DNA of 63,628 nt, the filler included, from Sanchytrium tribonematis (taxonomy: Eukaryota): assembly GCA_018985235.1 (NCBI GenBank). It is 10 parts of 10 records of this genome, joined end to end, with 100 filler letters (N's around TTAATTAATTAA, not from the genome) between each part and the next. Parts side by side here need not be neighbours in the genome. Positions count along the whole stretch, not along the records: positions 1 to 24,441 come from JADGIG010000072.1; 9 more parts are not named here. One strand, given 5' to 3'. Under the pieces are notes generated by a model, which was not told the origin of the DNA, made no database searches, and saw only the letters and a program-made list of their open reading frames with translations. Position 1 is the stretch's first letter. Each line of letters starts with the position of its first letter. A program made the position numbers and the translations under genes. This document shows, piece by piece, positions 1-10,943 of this stretch.

Positions 1-3000
1 ACAGATCTCTAACGTCTTCCTTAGTTAAGGCACCTATTTCTATCTTGGCGAAGGCCAAAAAAATATCACTCGCTTCCTGAAATCTGTTCCAAACAAGGAC
101 GTTGGTGCAAACAGGTATAATTGTATATGATTTCATTAAAGATGGAAAATCATAACCTTTTAATTTTTGAATATAATTTTCTAAAATTGACTTTGATAAA
201 AACTTTCCATAAGAAAACAAATTCTTCATATTGGACAGAAAATAAGCAGCATTTTTGAAATTTACATTGTCAATAACAAATGTGATACAAATATTTTTGA
301 TTTTGGGAAGCATAATGCCAGATAAAATGTAGTCGATCAGATCGAGTAACGAGCCAGCTTTTACATAAGATTGATTTGCCTTATCGGTGATCTTTTGTAA
401 AATATCCAAGGCATCAAGTGGCCTAGGTATGTAACATAAAATAATAGCATTCATTTGAAAAGCTGCAAAAAACTGACGAATGCCATTCAAAAACCATGGC
501 AAGATATTAAAGTCATGAGCAATACTCTGCTGGGTCAGATTTTCGATATTAATATTTTTATACAGTACTTCCTTCTCCACAACGTATGTAAAATTTGACA
601 AATTTGGCTTCTCAGAAACAAACAAATTGAAGCGAATAGATTGAAATGTAACTTTTCTTGCTTGGTCATCAAAATAAAAGCTATATTTGCTAATAAAGTG
701 AAACAAATTTAAAATAAAATTACTGCCATATTTATCACTACTGATCGATTCTGCAGAATATATATTGATGATTTGAAAATCGCCAAATCTAGGTTTCCTT
801 ATAAAAGGATCTTCTAATAAAACTGTGACAAATTCGAGAAAAAGATGTACGTCTTCTAAAGTGGTATCTTTTGCACAGACAAATGAAATTCCACTTTCAA
901 TATTTTCGCCCTTGCCTATAAATGTTTTAATATATTTCTCGTTTTCCAGCTTAGGATAAACCCTTTGAAAATTAACGATACCCAATCGGCTAACGGTAGC
1001 TGGTGAAGCATAATTTAAGTCCTGAACTTTAAAAAGGTATTTACATTTCCTGAGGCTAACTCTTTCACCATTTGGAAGTGTTAATAACTTGTTGTCATCC
1101 ATCGCGGAGTTCAAGATCTCGACCCACTCAGGATCAATCAACCCGTCAAATATAACAATTCCTCCGTCTAAAAATGCCTTTGTTAGTTTTCCAAGGAGCC
1201 CTTCAATCCACGCTTCATCCATGTATCCTGTCAAACACTTCCTCGAAACAGATTTAGGATCTATAAATACGTGCTCTATGCCATGGTGACGTAAATATAC
1301 ATCAATACAGCTAGACTTGCCAGTATTTGGTCCACCCACCAAGCATACGCCAGTTTTCGATTTTAAAAGTTGGTTCAATTGTTTTAACTGTATTTGGAAA
1401 TCCTCGTTATTTTGATAACCCAATGCAGAAATAGTTTGATCATATTCATCGCATACATCTTTAATGTTTTGTTTAAAATGATTGTTGAAGATTCCTTTAA
1501 AGATAGTGCAATCATCAGGATTCAATCTTGATGAAAGGCTTTGATACAAAGATCGGCTAAGATTTGAGTCCGTTAATGATTGAACTATTGGCTTCAAAGA
1601 CCTCAAACCAAAGTCATATGTCTTTCTTTTAATTAAAACTTGTTCTAAAGATTTCGAAAAAGACACTAAGCACTTAATGTCACTTTCAGATATATCCAAC
1701 TTTTGACTTTGCAACATTGTAGTCAAAATCAAAAATATATCTGTGGAATCCATTTGAATATACTTAAATAACTGCCTAATGACTGAGGGCAATTCTCTTC
1801 TACCACCATATTCTTTGCTTGCAGGATTCATTGTGATTGCTGTAATATTGGTAGGTACAGAGACTGTCATGTCCAAAAATTGAACCTGAGATTCTTTATT
1901 ATATTGGGCAATTTGAATTTTTTTAAGATCCTGGCTAATAAGAGTCATTACTTGATTTTCTAGACGATTAAACTCGTCAAAACAGCCCCATTGATTGCTC
2001 AAAATAATTCCGCAATATATTTTGCGAAAACTTTCAATATCAATTTTATCATCACAATTAAAAACTATGACCTGCTTGCCCAATAAAGAAGCCAAGTATT
2101 TAATAGTTTCAGTTTTTCCGGTTCCCGCAATACCACTAGGGTTAGGACCCAAACCTATACTAAATGACATCAATGTAGTCATTACGCACTTTAGAGTCTG
2201 TCTCGTGAATACTAGCTTTTCAAATTCTCCCAAGTACTCAAAACCATATTCTATGCTTGTATCGAATAACTTAATAATGCATGTTTGGCTTTCAGAGTAA
2301 AATCTTAGAAAACGAATCCATTCAAAAGCATATATGCTTTTTGGAAAATTGATCTTAAGTTCCTGAATGATAAAGTGCTGGTATTGCTTAATAATAATGT
2401 CGCTTTCAAATGTTTTTAAAGATTTTTGATCATTCTGTTTGATACAATATTCACAATGCTTCGTGAATGAGACCAGAGCAATGAGATTCCGAATCTGAGA
2501 GCATGCTTTCTGTCCATTGAATTGTGCTATAAGTGTGGTTCTGCAACTATTTACAATTAAGGGTATCGACAACTCCGGATTCTGTAGCTCGACCGCTGGA
2601 AAATACAGTTCTTCAATATTATTTGACACACCTACAATTTTTTGGTCCTTGAGAATTACCTCATGTGCCCCTGATATGAATTTGTTTATATACTTGTTCA
2701 AAGTCTGAACTTCATGCCCATTGCTCAAAAGATATAAAAGCTCCGCATTACTAAGAAAATAAAATCTGTTAAAAATCTGCCTTTTAGTATCAAGATACTG
2801 TATTATCTGGTTCTCGATAATTAGGAGCTCAGAAAAAAGGTCTACCTTAATGTGGCGAAGATCAATTAAGTTGCATTTCGTGTATAATGTCAGCTCTTTG
2901 ATACAGTCAGCATCAATCTTTTTAAACTTTTGTGCATCAACATTAGTCTTGGAAGTTAAAATAATATTACGGATATCTAGCCATTTGATCTCGAGCTCTT

Positions 3001-5404
3001 TTATAGATTTCAAATTCTTCCTGAGATTTCCAAAGTCATTTTTAAGTGACTCAACATCAGCTAGCACAGTTTGCTTAATCGGCGAATTTTGTATTACCTC
3101 AATTTCGGAAAGTTTTTCATCAATTGTTTTAATTAATGACTTTATATTAGAAATGACGCCGTATTCGATGTCATATATTTTTCTTGGACTTTCTTTAGTA
3201 ATTTTTAATTGAAAGACATTTTTCGCCTCAACAAGGATTGAGCTAATTTTTTTCTCCAATATTGCTTTTTCATTAATCATAAGAATTTCTTTTTCGTTTT
3301 TTGTTAAATCTAGCATTGATAAGTCAAAGAGATTTATCTCTTTGTGATCTAAAGATGAACCCAAAAGTTGAAGTACGAAACTGAATTGATCAGTGTAAAT
3401 GTCGAAACGTATCATTTCAATGATTTTCAAACATTTGTCAACAAAGTCAACAAATGGAATTCCATTAAAAGTTGATTTTTTTCTTAGTTTTAATAATTTT
3501 GGTTTCAATTTTTCTTTGCATATTAAATAGGGCTGTTTCATTTCATGCTGCAATTCGAAATAATCATCATTAGAGTCCATCCAAGAAATAAGGCTTGTGA
3601 TTTGGTCTTTCATGTTTGCGACTTTTGAAGTGAGAACGTAGGTGCTATTTAGATCCGAAAACAAGTCTGAATATTTGATCAATGCATCACTATCCAAATT
3701 AATTCTCGAAATTATGACCAAGAGCTCTGATTTTGAATACTCAAATCTAGACACTTTATATAATTCATCTGCATTGTACCTGGTCAAAATGTTTTCCACT
3801 TCCTCAACTATTAGTTCCCTTTGTTTACTTAACAATTCATCCCGCCTTGAAAGTATGCTGGGTAAATTTTTATCAATTTTGTTTTTCAATTGTCGCAAAT
3901 TGCCTACATTGATTTTATATTTTGCACAGTCATCCTCTAGTGATTTATAATTTCTTGGTTGTACATATTTTATAATCAGATTCAGAGCTTCAACATCGAA
4001 GGTTTCAATCAAGTTTATCTTAGAATATTCTTCTAGAGTCAATTTTATATTATCAAACTCCTTTTGAAAACTTTTGGCTTTCTGAAGAAAGCTTTTTTCG
4101 TATAGGTTTTTCAAATACTCATTAAAAAGTTTATAATCAAAGTTAAAAATACCAGCTTTTACATTCGAAAAAGGGGCGTAGTCTGCGTGTTCCAATTTTC
4201 TAGCAATCTGGGCTATAATATGTTCAAGATAATTTTGTAGGAAAGTAAATTCCTTCTCAATTTGCAAGTATATTTCTTTCTTAACAATTACTTGGTACGT
4301 ACCAGTATTCAAGCCTTTGAAGTTGACTGAGATGTTATAAAGTCTCTTTAAAATCTTATAAGCAGATTTTTTTAATTCTAAAATTGCCAGAAATTTAAGA
4401 GATTGAAAATCTTCAGATAAAAAGTCTGTGATTTCAATGTTTAGACAAAGCCATCTTTTTAAGCTCATACAATCCAAATTTAAGCAAAGAGTTTTGAAAA
4501 TCTGTTGATTAATATGGTCATTGTATTCCTTATTGTCGCTTTGCATTTCACCTAAAATTGACTTCCATTCTTCGAAGTTGTTGATGATGTCGAGTTGGCT
4601 AAGTTTCTTCACAGCCTCAAGTTTGCCTGAGTGTGTCATTTGAATTTTAACGATATTTTTGTTTAATTGGTCAAAACTTTCCAACATCTTCAAGATTTCA
4701 AGATATCTACCTTGCTTCAAATCGATATCATTGGAGAGATCCATCCAAGAAACATCCAAAAAACTATTCAGTTGTCTTTCAAAATCTTCTACTTTTGTCA
4801 AAAATCCTAAGAAGTAATGAGGAATTAATGTTGGAAGCTTAGTGTATTCTTCTATCATTTGCATCAATTTAACGGCAAGTTTGTGGATTTTACGATGCAA
4901 CAGGACATAAGCCTGTACTTTGCCTTGTATGTAAAAGCTTTCATTTATCATATCGCCATACTTTACGTCGTAATTGACCATAAATGATTCGGTTTTTTTG
5001 TCAAAACTTAAAATATTCCCTTTGAGTATATCCGGGTATTGCTTGTGCCAATTATCAATTACTTCCCCATCGTCATCCAAATACTCATTTAGCAATAATT
5101 TGTCAAAAGCTGTCAACTCCTGCACATATGTACTAATTTCGATTTTCAAATCTTTAAAGTAATTAAGTTCTGTTATTTTACCATATGTAATAAACCAAGT
5201 AATCTCGCTCATTTTAGATTTTTCATCAATCATTTTGAGCTTCAGATCTTTTAGCGAAAATTGCTTGACAAAAAATTGCAATCTTGAGTGTTCTTTGTAA
5301 TTTTCAAGGGCTTGGATTTGTGATACATGATCGAAGTTTTCAATTTCAAACAGAAGCATGTCGATTGGAAGTTCTTGCAGATGTTTTATTAAATCACCAG
5401 GCAT
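1..5404 (-). CDS. DYNC2H1: Dynein heavy chain, dynein-2 (IFT)-like, highly divergent; runs off the left edge (3' partial)
   Basis: Not in the ORF track because the frame has no stop in the window. Manual translation from ATG 5404 gives AAA1 GLGPNPSGIAGTGKTETIK (P-loop at 2111-2134), WGCFDEFNRL, ITMNPASKEYGGRRELP, YDFGLRSLK, AAA2 LVGGPNTGKS, FDGLIDPEWVEILNSAMDDNKLLTLPNGER and ASPATVSRLG. The insertion in NPASKEYGGR and the NP before the P-loop resemble dynein-2 more than dynein-1. Confidence 0.85.
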   Translation of the reverse strand, partial: MPGDLIKHLQELPIDMLLFEIENFDHVSQIQALENYKEHSRLQFFVKQFSLKDLKLKMIDEKSKMSEITWFITYGKITELNYFKDLKIEISTYVQELTAFDKLLLNEYLDDDGEVIDNWHKQYPDILKGNILSFDKKTESFMVNYDVKYGDMINESFYIQGKVQAYVLLHRKIHKLAVKLMQMIEEYTKLPTLIPHYFLGFLTKVEDFERQLNSFLDVSWMDLSNDIDLKQGRYLEILKMLESFDQLNKNIVKIQMTHSGKLEAVKKLSQLDIINNFEEWKSILGEMQSDNKEYNDHINQQIFKTLCLNLDCMSLKRWLCLNIEITDFLSEDFQSLKFLAILELKKSAYKILKRLYNISVNFKGLNTGTYQVIVKKEIYLQIEKEFTFLQNYLEHIIAQIARKLEHADYAPFSNVKAGIFNFDYKLFNEYLKNLYEKSFLQKAKSFQKEFDNIKLTLEEYSKINLIETFDVEALNLIIKYVQPRNYKSLEDDCAKYKINVGNLRQLKNKIDKNLPSILSRRDELLSKQRELIVEEVENILTRYNADELYKVSRFEYSKSELLVIISRINLDSDALIKYSDLFSDLNSTYVLTSKVANMKDQITSLISWMDSNDDYFELQHEMKQPYLICKEKLKPKLLKLRKKSTFNGIPFVDFVDKCLKIIEMIRFDIYTDQFSFVLQLLGSSLDHKEINLFDLSMLDLTKNEKEILMINEKAILEKKISSILVEAKNVFQLKITKESPRKIYDIEYGVISNIKSLIKTIDEKLSEIEVIQNSPIKQTVLADVESLKNDFGNLRKNLKSIKELEIKWLDIRNIILTSKTNVDAQKFKKIDADCIKELTLYTKCNLIDLRHIKVDLFSELLIIENQIIQYLDTKRQIFNRFYFLSNAELLYLLSNGHEVQTLNKYINKFISGAHEVILKDQKIVGVSNNIEELYFPAVELQNPELSIPLIVNSCRTTLIAQFNGQKACSQIRNLIALVSFTKHCEYCIKQNDQKSLKTFESDIIIKQYQHFIIQELKINFPKSIYAFEWIRFLRFYSESQTCIIKLFDTSIEYGFEYLGEFEKLVFTRQTLKCVMTTLMSFSIGLGPNPSGIAGTGKTETIKYLASLLGKQVIVFNCDDKIDIESFRKIYCGIILSNQWGCFDEFNRLENQVMTLISQDLKKIQIAQYNKESQVQFLDMTVSVPTNITAITMNPASKEYGGRRELPSVIRQLFKYIQMDSTDIFLILTTMLQSQKLDISESDIKCLVSFSKSLEQVLIKRKTYDFGLRSLKPIVQSLTDSNLSRSLYQSLSSRLNPDDCTIFKGIFNNHFKQNIKDVCDEYDQTISALGYQNNEDFQIQLKQLNQLLKSKTGVCLVGGPNTGKSSCIDVYLRHHGIEHVFIDPKSVSRKCLTGYMDEAWIEGLLGKLTKAFLDGGIVIFDGLIDPEWVEILNSAMDDNKLLTLPNGERVSLRKCKYLFKVQDLNYASPATVSRLGIVNFQRVYPKLENEKYIKTFIGKGENIESGISFVCAKDTTLEDVHLFLEFVTVLLEDPFIRKPRFGDFQIINIYSAESISSDKYGSNFILNLFHFISKYSFYFDDQARKVTFQSIRFNLFVSEKPNLSNFTYVVEKEVLYKNINIENLTQQSIAHDFNILPWFLNGIRQFFAAFQMNAIILCYIPRPLDALDILQKITDKANQSYVKAGSLLDLIDYILSGIMLPKIKNICITFVIDNVNFKNAAYFLSNMKNLFSYGKFLSKSILENYIQKLKGYDFPSLMKSYTIIPVCTNVLVWNRFQEASDIFLAFAKIEIGALTKEDVRDL

Positions 5405-5473
5405 TTTGCGACCAAAATGAATTTGTTTCACAATTACATTATTGAAAAGAAAATAAATGCAAATTTGAGGTCC

Positions 5474-5800
5474 TCAAGCAGTGTGTTTATTAATGGCATT
5501 GATAAAATCCTTTATGTCTTGATCTCCTATCTTATTTGCGTAAGCAAAGCTAGAAGTCAAATTACCCTTGAAGATATTTAAAATCGACAAAAGCTTGCAT
5601 TTTTCATTTGATTCCTCCAAAGAATTGATAAGAGATTCCGCCAGCTCATATTTTCGGAAATATAGCGAAAAATATGCTCTGTTTTCTAAAATTTCCTGAG
5701 TTATTTCTAGCTCAACAGATTCTGCTTTGGAAAAGTAATGTTCTGCTAACTGTATATTCCCATTGAAGAGTGCCTTACGACCCAACGCACTCGTTGACAT
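5474..5800 (-). CDS. Small helical (TPR-like) hypothetical protein
   Basis: 108-aa ATG ORF with an LGRKALFNGNIQLAEHYFSKA TPR-like pattern; no firm family. Confidence 0.5.
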   Translation of the reverse strand: MSTSALGRKALFNGNIQLAEHYFSKAESVELEITQEILENRAYFSLYFRKYELAESLINSLEESNEKCKLLSILNIFKGNLTSSFAYANKIGDQDIKDFINAINKHTA

Positions 5801-5894
5801 TATAGGAGGAAATTTGCAACAAGCTCAATTTTTCATTTGAGTGGTTACATGATTGGCCAAATTCTATTTAAACTACAAAAGTCCTCGTAGTTTA

Positions 5895-6551
5895 ATGTCA
5901 ACATTTCAAGATTCATTTAAAAAGGATTTTGAGAGCCACTTTTCTTGTTCGACTGATGTGTTGCTGGAGAAACCATTAATGGTATCTATGTTTGTTGATA
6001 GAAAATATGCGTCATCAACTTGGAGCCCTATTCATTTTATGGGCTTTTTGCCTGAAAATGAGCAGTTTTTAGTGTTTTGCGCTCGTCTAAATGATCCTAA
6101 TGTGATTGCATTGAAAACAGGAAATTATGCTACTCTGCATCTATCACTGCCTTTCACTAGCAATTGGACTTTTTCCGGAAAGTTGTATAATGTTTCTCAT
6201 CCAAAAACGTACACCCGATTTTTCCCTCCATCGATATTTGACGAAGCTTCGAAGTTTTTTTGGCACAAGAAAAGACTGGATGCTTGGTTAAATACTTCTA
6301 ATGAATTTCGAGCATTGTTGATGCAAACTGAATATCTGGAAACTGATTCTAAAAAGTTAGAGATTTACTATGAGCAATTAAACAATTCCGCGATAGAATT
6401 ACCGCACGACGAGCATGCCACATTACTACAAAACTTTTGTTACTTAGTAATGAAGGCAACAGATATTGTGTGCGATTCCCAAGATACGATGTCAAAAACA
6501 AGTTATCATTTAAGCGGAGAAAATTGGGATATTGTTGAAGCTGATTTGTAG
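5895..6551 (+). CDS. Probable pyridoxamine-5'-phosphate oxidase-like (FMN split-barrel) protein, divergent
   Basis: First ATG at 5895. Loose resemblance to fungal PNPOx-like proteins: FMGFL, WTFSGKLY, NFCYLVM, terminal W..vE. Confidence 0.45.
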   Translation: MSTFQDSFKKDFESHFSCSTDVLLEKPLMVSMFVDRKYASSTWSPIHFMGFLPENEQFLVFCARLNDPNVIALKTGNYATLHLSLPFTSNWTFSGKLYNVSHPKTYTRFFPPSIFDEASKFFWHKKRLDAWLNTSNEFRALLMQTEYLETDSKKLEIYYEQLNNSAIELPHDEHATLLQNFCYLVMKATDIVCDSQDTMSKTSYHLSGENWDIVEADL

Positions 6552-6849
6552 AATAAACCATTAATCTTTTATCCTTGCTTTACAAATCATAATCATGCAA
6601 GAATTAAGAGCTTTAATAAGGCCTTGCCGATTCTACGCTGAATTTGTCGTCAATTTAAATAACATTACCGTACCATCATATTTAAAAGTGTTGGACTTTG
6701 TTCAATGAAGAACTCGCGTTGTGAAAAACTTGGGGTTAGATTGGCAAACAACCAAAGTCATGGAAATTAATACTTATGTACGTTGTGATTGGCAATCTTA
6801 ATAATCCTTTGTGAAAAGCTACATAAAAACGTGAATGTAAATTTTTGGG

Positions 6850-8556
6850 ATGCTCTTATCACTATCTTTATTATCTGCTCAGGAGACAGCATTATGTAGT
6901 ACTCCTAGAGTCCGTAAAGAATACTCCACCCTTTCAGATGCGGAGAGATCTTCATTGGCAAAAGGTTTCGATGCCCTCCAAAAAAGTGGTCGCTTGGCCT
7001 ATTACGGTAAAAAGCACACCGACCTATTTGAAATCATTCATGGCAATGATGACTTTTTACCAGCACATCGTGGATTCATTTGGGATTTCGAAAATGATCT
7101 CCGAGAAGCATCTGGCGACCCTACTTTAACTTTGCCATATATCGACGAGGGAACTCTTGCTGATCAATATGGAACGGGAGCTCGTGACGCTTTACAGCAA
7201 ATGGACATAGGAAGTATGACAGGCTGTGTTCAAGGAGGAATGCTTGAAAATTGGCAGACTTCATTTCCGAACTCTCACTGTATCGCAAGAGGTGCTAATG
7301 GTAATGCATTAAGGGGAAAAGCTGTTATCGATGCCTTTATCGCGACCACTTCTGACTTTTCTCAATTTTCTTCCAATTTTGAAAACACTTTTCATGCTGA
7401 GTTTCATATATATATTGGTGGTGATATGGCAAATCAATGGAGTTCAAACGATCCCATCTTCTTTTTTCATCATTGCTTTATCGATTATATGTTTCTGAGA
7501 TGGCAGATCGTTCATGAAGCATTTCAAACACCACCAAAAAGTATTTCCAAATCGGTAATGCCAACCCACCCAATTACGGCACAGCAATCGGCAAAAATGG
7601 AAGGACTTTGTGTTCAATATATTGACAAAAGCAGCCCTATTCGTTCTACAACGTCAAATGTTTTCACTCCTCCGCAAGACCAAAATATTACCGATAATGC
7701 AAACGATACAAGTGGTACAATTACACCTCCGATTGCACCAACACCTGTGACCAACTCTACGGACACTAATGATACTACTAATAATACCGCACTTGATGTG
7801 GATGGAAATCTTGATCTTGGTAATCCGACGCCAAATCTTCCACCACCTACAAAAGTTGCGCCTCCAAAAGACAGAAAGACTGACGAAACTGCACATCCAG
7901 TTCCGACAGAGGCCCAAAACACTCCACAAATCTCTCCTAGTCCCCAAAGTACTCCGGCGATTCCATCTATTCCTCAAAATCCTATCCCGGTTACTCCACA
8001 ACTTCTCCAGCCAGACCGCTCTAATACTCAAAATTCTCCAGCTGTTGGTCCAACCACAATTACTTCCGATTCTTTCGGTAATAACAAGCTGAGTTTTGTC
8101 AGCCCACCACCTGTTCCGAAAAGTAAGGTGAAACCTTCAAGACAATTTGTTCCACAAGGTTCAACTACAGAGCAGTACTACAGCATTTTGGCAAAGCAAG
8201 TCAAAAAATTTGTTCAAAAACCTACCAAAGAAGCTGTTGATGATTGCCTTAAAGTTGTTGTTGAATTTTATGAATTGTCTACAGTTTTTATTCCTGTCAA
8301 TATCCCTGTAAACGAGACAATGATCAAAAATATGGGAATGGATTTGGACAAATATAAAGAGTCGCAAAAAAGAGTTGACAGTATTGGAGAATCATTAGCC
8401 AAAGTTGGAAATTTGACTAAATTCGATGTTTCTTCCAATAAGGTACTTACCGCAGCTGCAAATGCTACAAATTATGATACGGGTCTCGTTCAGCAGTCAT
8501 CCTCGGCAACGCAAATTAGTGTATCATTTTTTATTCTTGCTATGTTCTGTCAATAA
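6850..8556 (+). CDS. Secreted tyrosinase-family (type-3 di-copper) protein with Pro/Thr-rich linker and hydrophobic, possibly GPI-signal C-terminus
   Basis: Signal peptide; RVRKEYSTLS; CuA H..IHGNDDFLPAHR; CuB FHAEFH...SSNDPIFFFHHCFID. Confidence 0.9.
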   Translation: MLLSLSLLSAQETALCSTPRVRKEYSTLSDAERSSLAKGFDALQKSGRLAYYGKKHTDLFEIIHGNDDFLPAHRGFIWDFENDLREASGDPTLTLPYIDEGTLADQYGTGARDALQQMDIGSMTGCVQGGMLENWQTSFPNSHCIARGANGNALRGKAVIDAFIATTSDFSQFSSNFENTFHAEFHIYIGGDMANQWSSNDPIFFFHHCFIDYMFLRWQIVHEAFQTPPKSISKSVMPTHPITAQQSAKMEGLCVQYIDKSSPIRSTTSNVFTPPQDQNITDNANDTSGTITPPIAPTPVTNSTDTNDTTNNTALDVDGNLDLGNPTPNLPPPTKVAPPKDRKTDETAHPVPTEAQNTPQISPSPQSTPAIPSIPQNPIPVTPQLLQPDRSNTQNSPAVGPTTITSDSFGNNKLSFVSPPPVPKSKVKPSRQFVPQGSTTEQYYSILAKQVKKFVQKPTKEAVDDCLKVVVEFYELSTVFIPVNIPVNETMIKNMGMDLDKYKESQKRVDSIGESLAKVGNLTKFDVSSNKVLTAAANATNYDTGLVQQSSSATQISVSFFILAMFCQ

Positions 8557-8558
8557 AT

Positions 8559-9885
8559 TTAAGTGAATTTTAATTTACGCCATAATGCAGCTTTTATAGA
8601 GTTGAACTCATCCTTGTTATTTAAAAGAACCGAATTATTTTCTTGCGCTCTTCTAATCAAATAAGGCACAACCGATTCCAGTGGCCCAAATGGAACCTAT
8701 ATAAATATAAACTACATATTTGTATGCTCTATAATTTTGTTTTGCATTGTTAAACGTCATGGTATCATGCATGCCTAGTAACTGTCCTAAAACGGCACTC
8801 TTTTTAAAGTCTTTAAATAGCTTCTGAGCCAGAATCATGGATTGCTTGTTATGAGACGCGATAATGTGAGTACTAGTTGGTTTCTTTTGAACGTAATTAT
8901 GCAAAATGTTTATCGCGGAATCAAAATCTTTATGAGTATTTTCAATGTTATCATGAATTGGAGAATCATAACTCATTTCTAATGCTCTTTTGCGCTCGCT
9001 TACCATATACGCACCACGCACAATTTTGCAACCAAAAAGAAACTTTTCTTTTTCAGCAAATTCAAGCGACTCTTTTAAATCGTGTATTCCTCGTTTAAGA
9101 TACATTTGGAAAGTGGGTAAAACTACAGATTTTTCGTGGTTGTATTCCTTAGCTAATAACATAGAAATGACACTGATCGCAGGTTGGTAGTAGCTTTGTT
9201 CGGCATCTATAGTAACTTGAGTTCTATGTTGTGATGCATAGTCAATTATATCTTGAACTCTGTGGTATATTCTTTTGAAATCCAAAAGGTCTCTTTCGGA
9301 ACACTCTATCTTTTCGTTTAAATATTTATCGCTTTCTTCAGACTCAAAAATTCGCAACAATTCTTGCTTTCCGTGTTTCTTTTCAATATCTAAAATTAAA
9401 TTTGTTACTCTTTTTAAGGCAATTGTCGGTCCCAATGCAGTTAATTTAATAGCGGAGAAGTCACCTAAGCAGGAAGACTTAAGAACTTCACCATGAGTAT
9501 CAGCAAGAATATGTTGTCTATTTCGTTCCTGAATAGAGTCAATTAGAACATCATCTTGTTCGACTGAGTAATCTGCAATAGTTCCGATATTCAGCTGCTG
9601 AAGTTTAATCATTGTAGCGCGAAGATCGTCGATTTTTTCACCACCGCAAAAGACCTTGAATAATGTATTTCTTAAAAACCAATGACCCACAAAATGATCA
9701 TACATCCATGGTTTAATGTATTCTGGTGGAAATCTTGAAAGATTGTATGTTAAATAATATTGAAATAATTTTGGCCATTGGTATTCATCATATAAAGATT
9801 CTTGATTATATCGTGATATGTCTAACATATAAGCAGCTGTAGCGATTGCTGGTGACCATCGTACAGCCCTTCTAAAAAAATTCAT
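8559..9885 (-). CDS. PUT1: Proline dehydrogenase, 2 exons (9885-8716, 8696-8559), 435 aa
   Basis: IDAEQSYYQPA, KIVRGAYM, ASHN and GQLLGM motifs. Removing the 19-nt intron restores the conserved YKYVPFGP...PYLIRRAQEN C-terminus. Confidence 0.93.
8697..8715 (-). other. 19-nt spliceosomal intron GTAGTTTATATTTATATAG (phase 0)
   Basis: Excision restores YKY^VPFGP in proline dehydrogenase. A 16-nt alternative donor would add an extra Val and fits the consensus less well. Confidence 0.85.
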
Positions 9886-9914
9886 AAATGTTTTAAAATT
9901 TATTTTTCTCAAAA

Positions 9915-10943
9915 TTATTTCTTAACGCTCGCTTTTGCGATTGTTTTCAAAATTGCAGATCTTCCTATTCCTCTGTAGTCAAAGTACATCAGAACCACAT
10001 ACTTACCAGTTCTTTTAAATGATTCTGCCAAACTTCTGGCGTCGCTTCCAAATTTATGATCAACAACTTCCAGCATAGCATCCCCAGTGGAATCAAAAAC
10101 CAATTTTCCACCTTGTTCAAAACCATCCCACACAGATACAATGCTTGACATAGTTTCTGTGGCAAGAGATCTCAACGATTCAGGAGCAAATTTGTAAATT
10201 TTCTTTCCAACTGAATTTCCCACAGAGGTTGAAACTTTGGTAAGTCTTCTTACAACTGTATAATTCGCCACTTTGTATGTCTTTTCAGTGGCCTTTTGCA
10301 TATTTCGAACATATTTTTTCGTTGAGTCGGAAAATTCCACATTACTGCCTCTTTCAGAGCTGCTGACATAGCTTTTAGCACAAATTTCAATTTTAGATGC
10401 AAGTGCACTCCCTGCGTTATATAATCCTCTTCCAATATTAAGTCCGATATTGGCAATGTAGCCTTCCTTATTTTCTTCATTACTTGTTGCTTGAACAGCA
10501 TTGTTATCAAGATCTACTTCTACATTTTCATGTGGTTGAAAGTCGATATCACTTGATATATCAGACAGTTCTGCTTGCTCCTTTCCATAATTATCCATCA
10601 TGACTAATTTATTTGCCTTGGACATATCTGATAACGACGTATACATCCTAAGTAACTCATACAGCGTATCATCATGCTTAGGAACCTCGAACTTAACAGA
10701 AACATCACCCTCATTTAAAGTAAAAACCTTATTCTCGAAGGTGCAAGTAGTTTGTTTTGTTAAAGGATGAGTGAAATATCCAGAAGGAGTCAGAAAGCTC
10801 AGAAAAGTCATCCACATCTCAGATTGATCGGGTCCTGTATATAAGCATTGAAAAATATTAAGATCGTGAGTGACCTTTTGCTTTCCATCGTCGAATATTG
10901 TATTTGGAATTTTGCACATGCATAGGGAAGACTCAATGTTCAT
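9915..10943 (-). CDS. Spartin-like senescence-domain protein
   Basis: C-terminal VWDGFEQGGKLV...VVDHKFG...RGIGRSAILK matches the senescence domain pattern. Confidence 0.75.
   Translation of the reverse strand: MNIESSLCMCKIPNTIFDDGKQKVTHDLNIFQCLYTGPDQSEMWMTFLSFLTPSGYFTHPLTKQTTCTFENKVFTLNEGDVSVKFEVPKHDDTLYELLRMYTSLSDMSKANKLVMMDNYGKEQAELSDISSDIDFQPHENVEVDLDNNAVQATSNEENKEGYIANIGLNIGRGLYNAGSALASKIEICAKSYVSSSERGSNVEFSDSTKKYVRNMQKATEKTYKVANYTVVRRLTKVSTSVGNSVGKKIYKFAPESLRSLATETMSSIVSVWDGFEQGGKLVFDSTGDAMLEVVDHKFGSDARSLAESFKRTGKYVVLMYFDYRGIGRSAILKTIAKASVKK

Noticed and set aside
1089..5162. Plus-strand ORFs of 62-120 aa
   Set aside because: Antisense shadows of the dynein gene. The same applies to most short ORFs overlapping long CDSs elsewhere.
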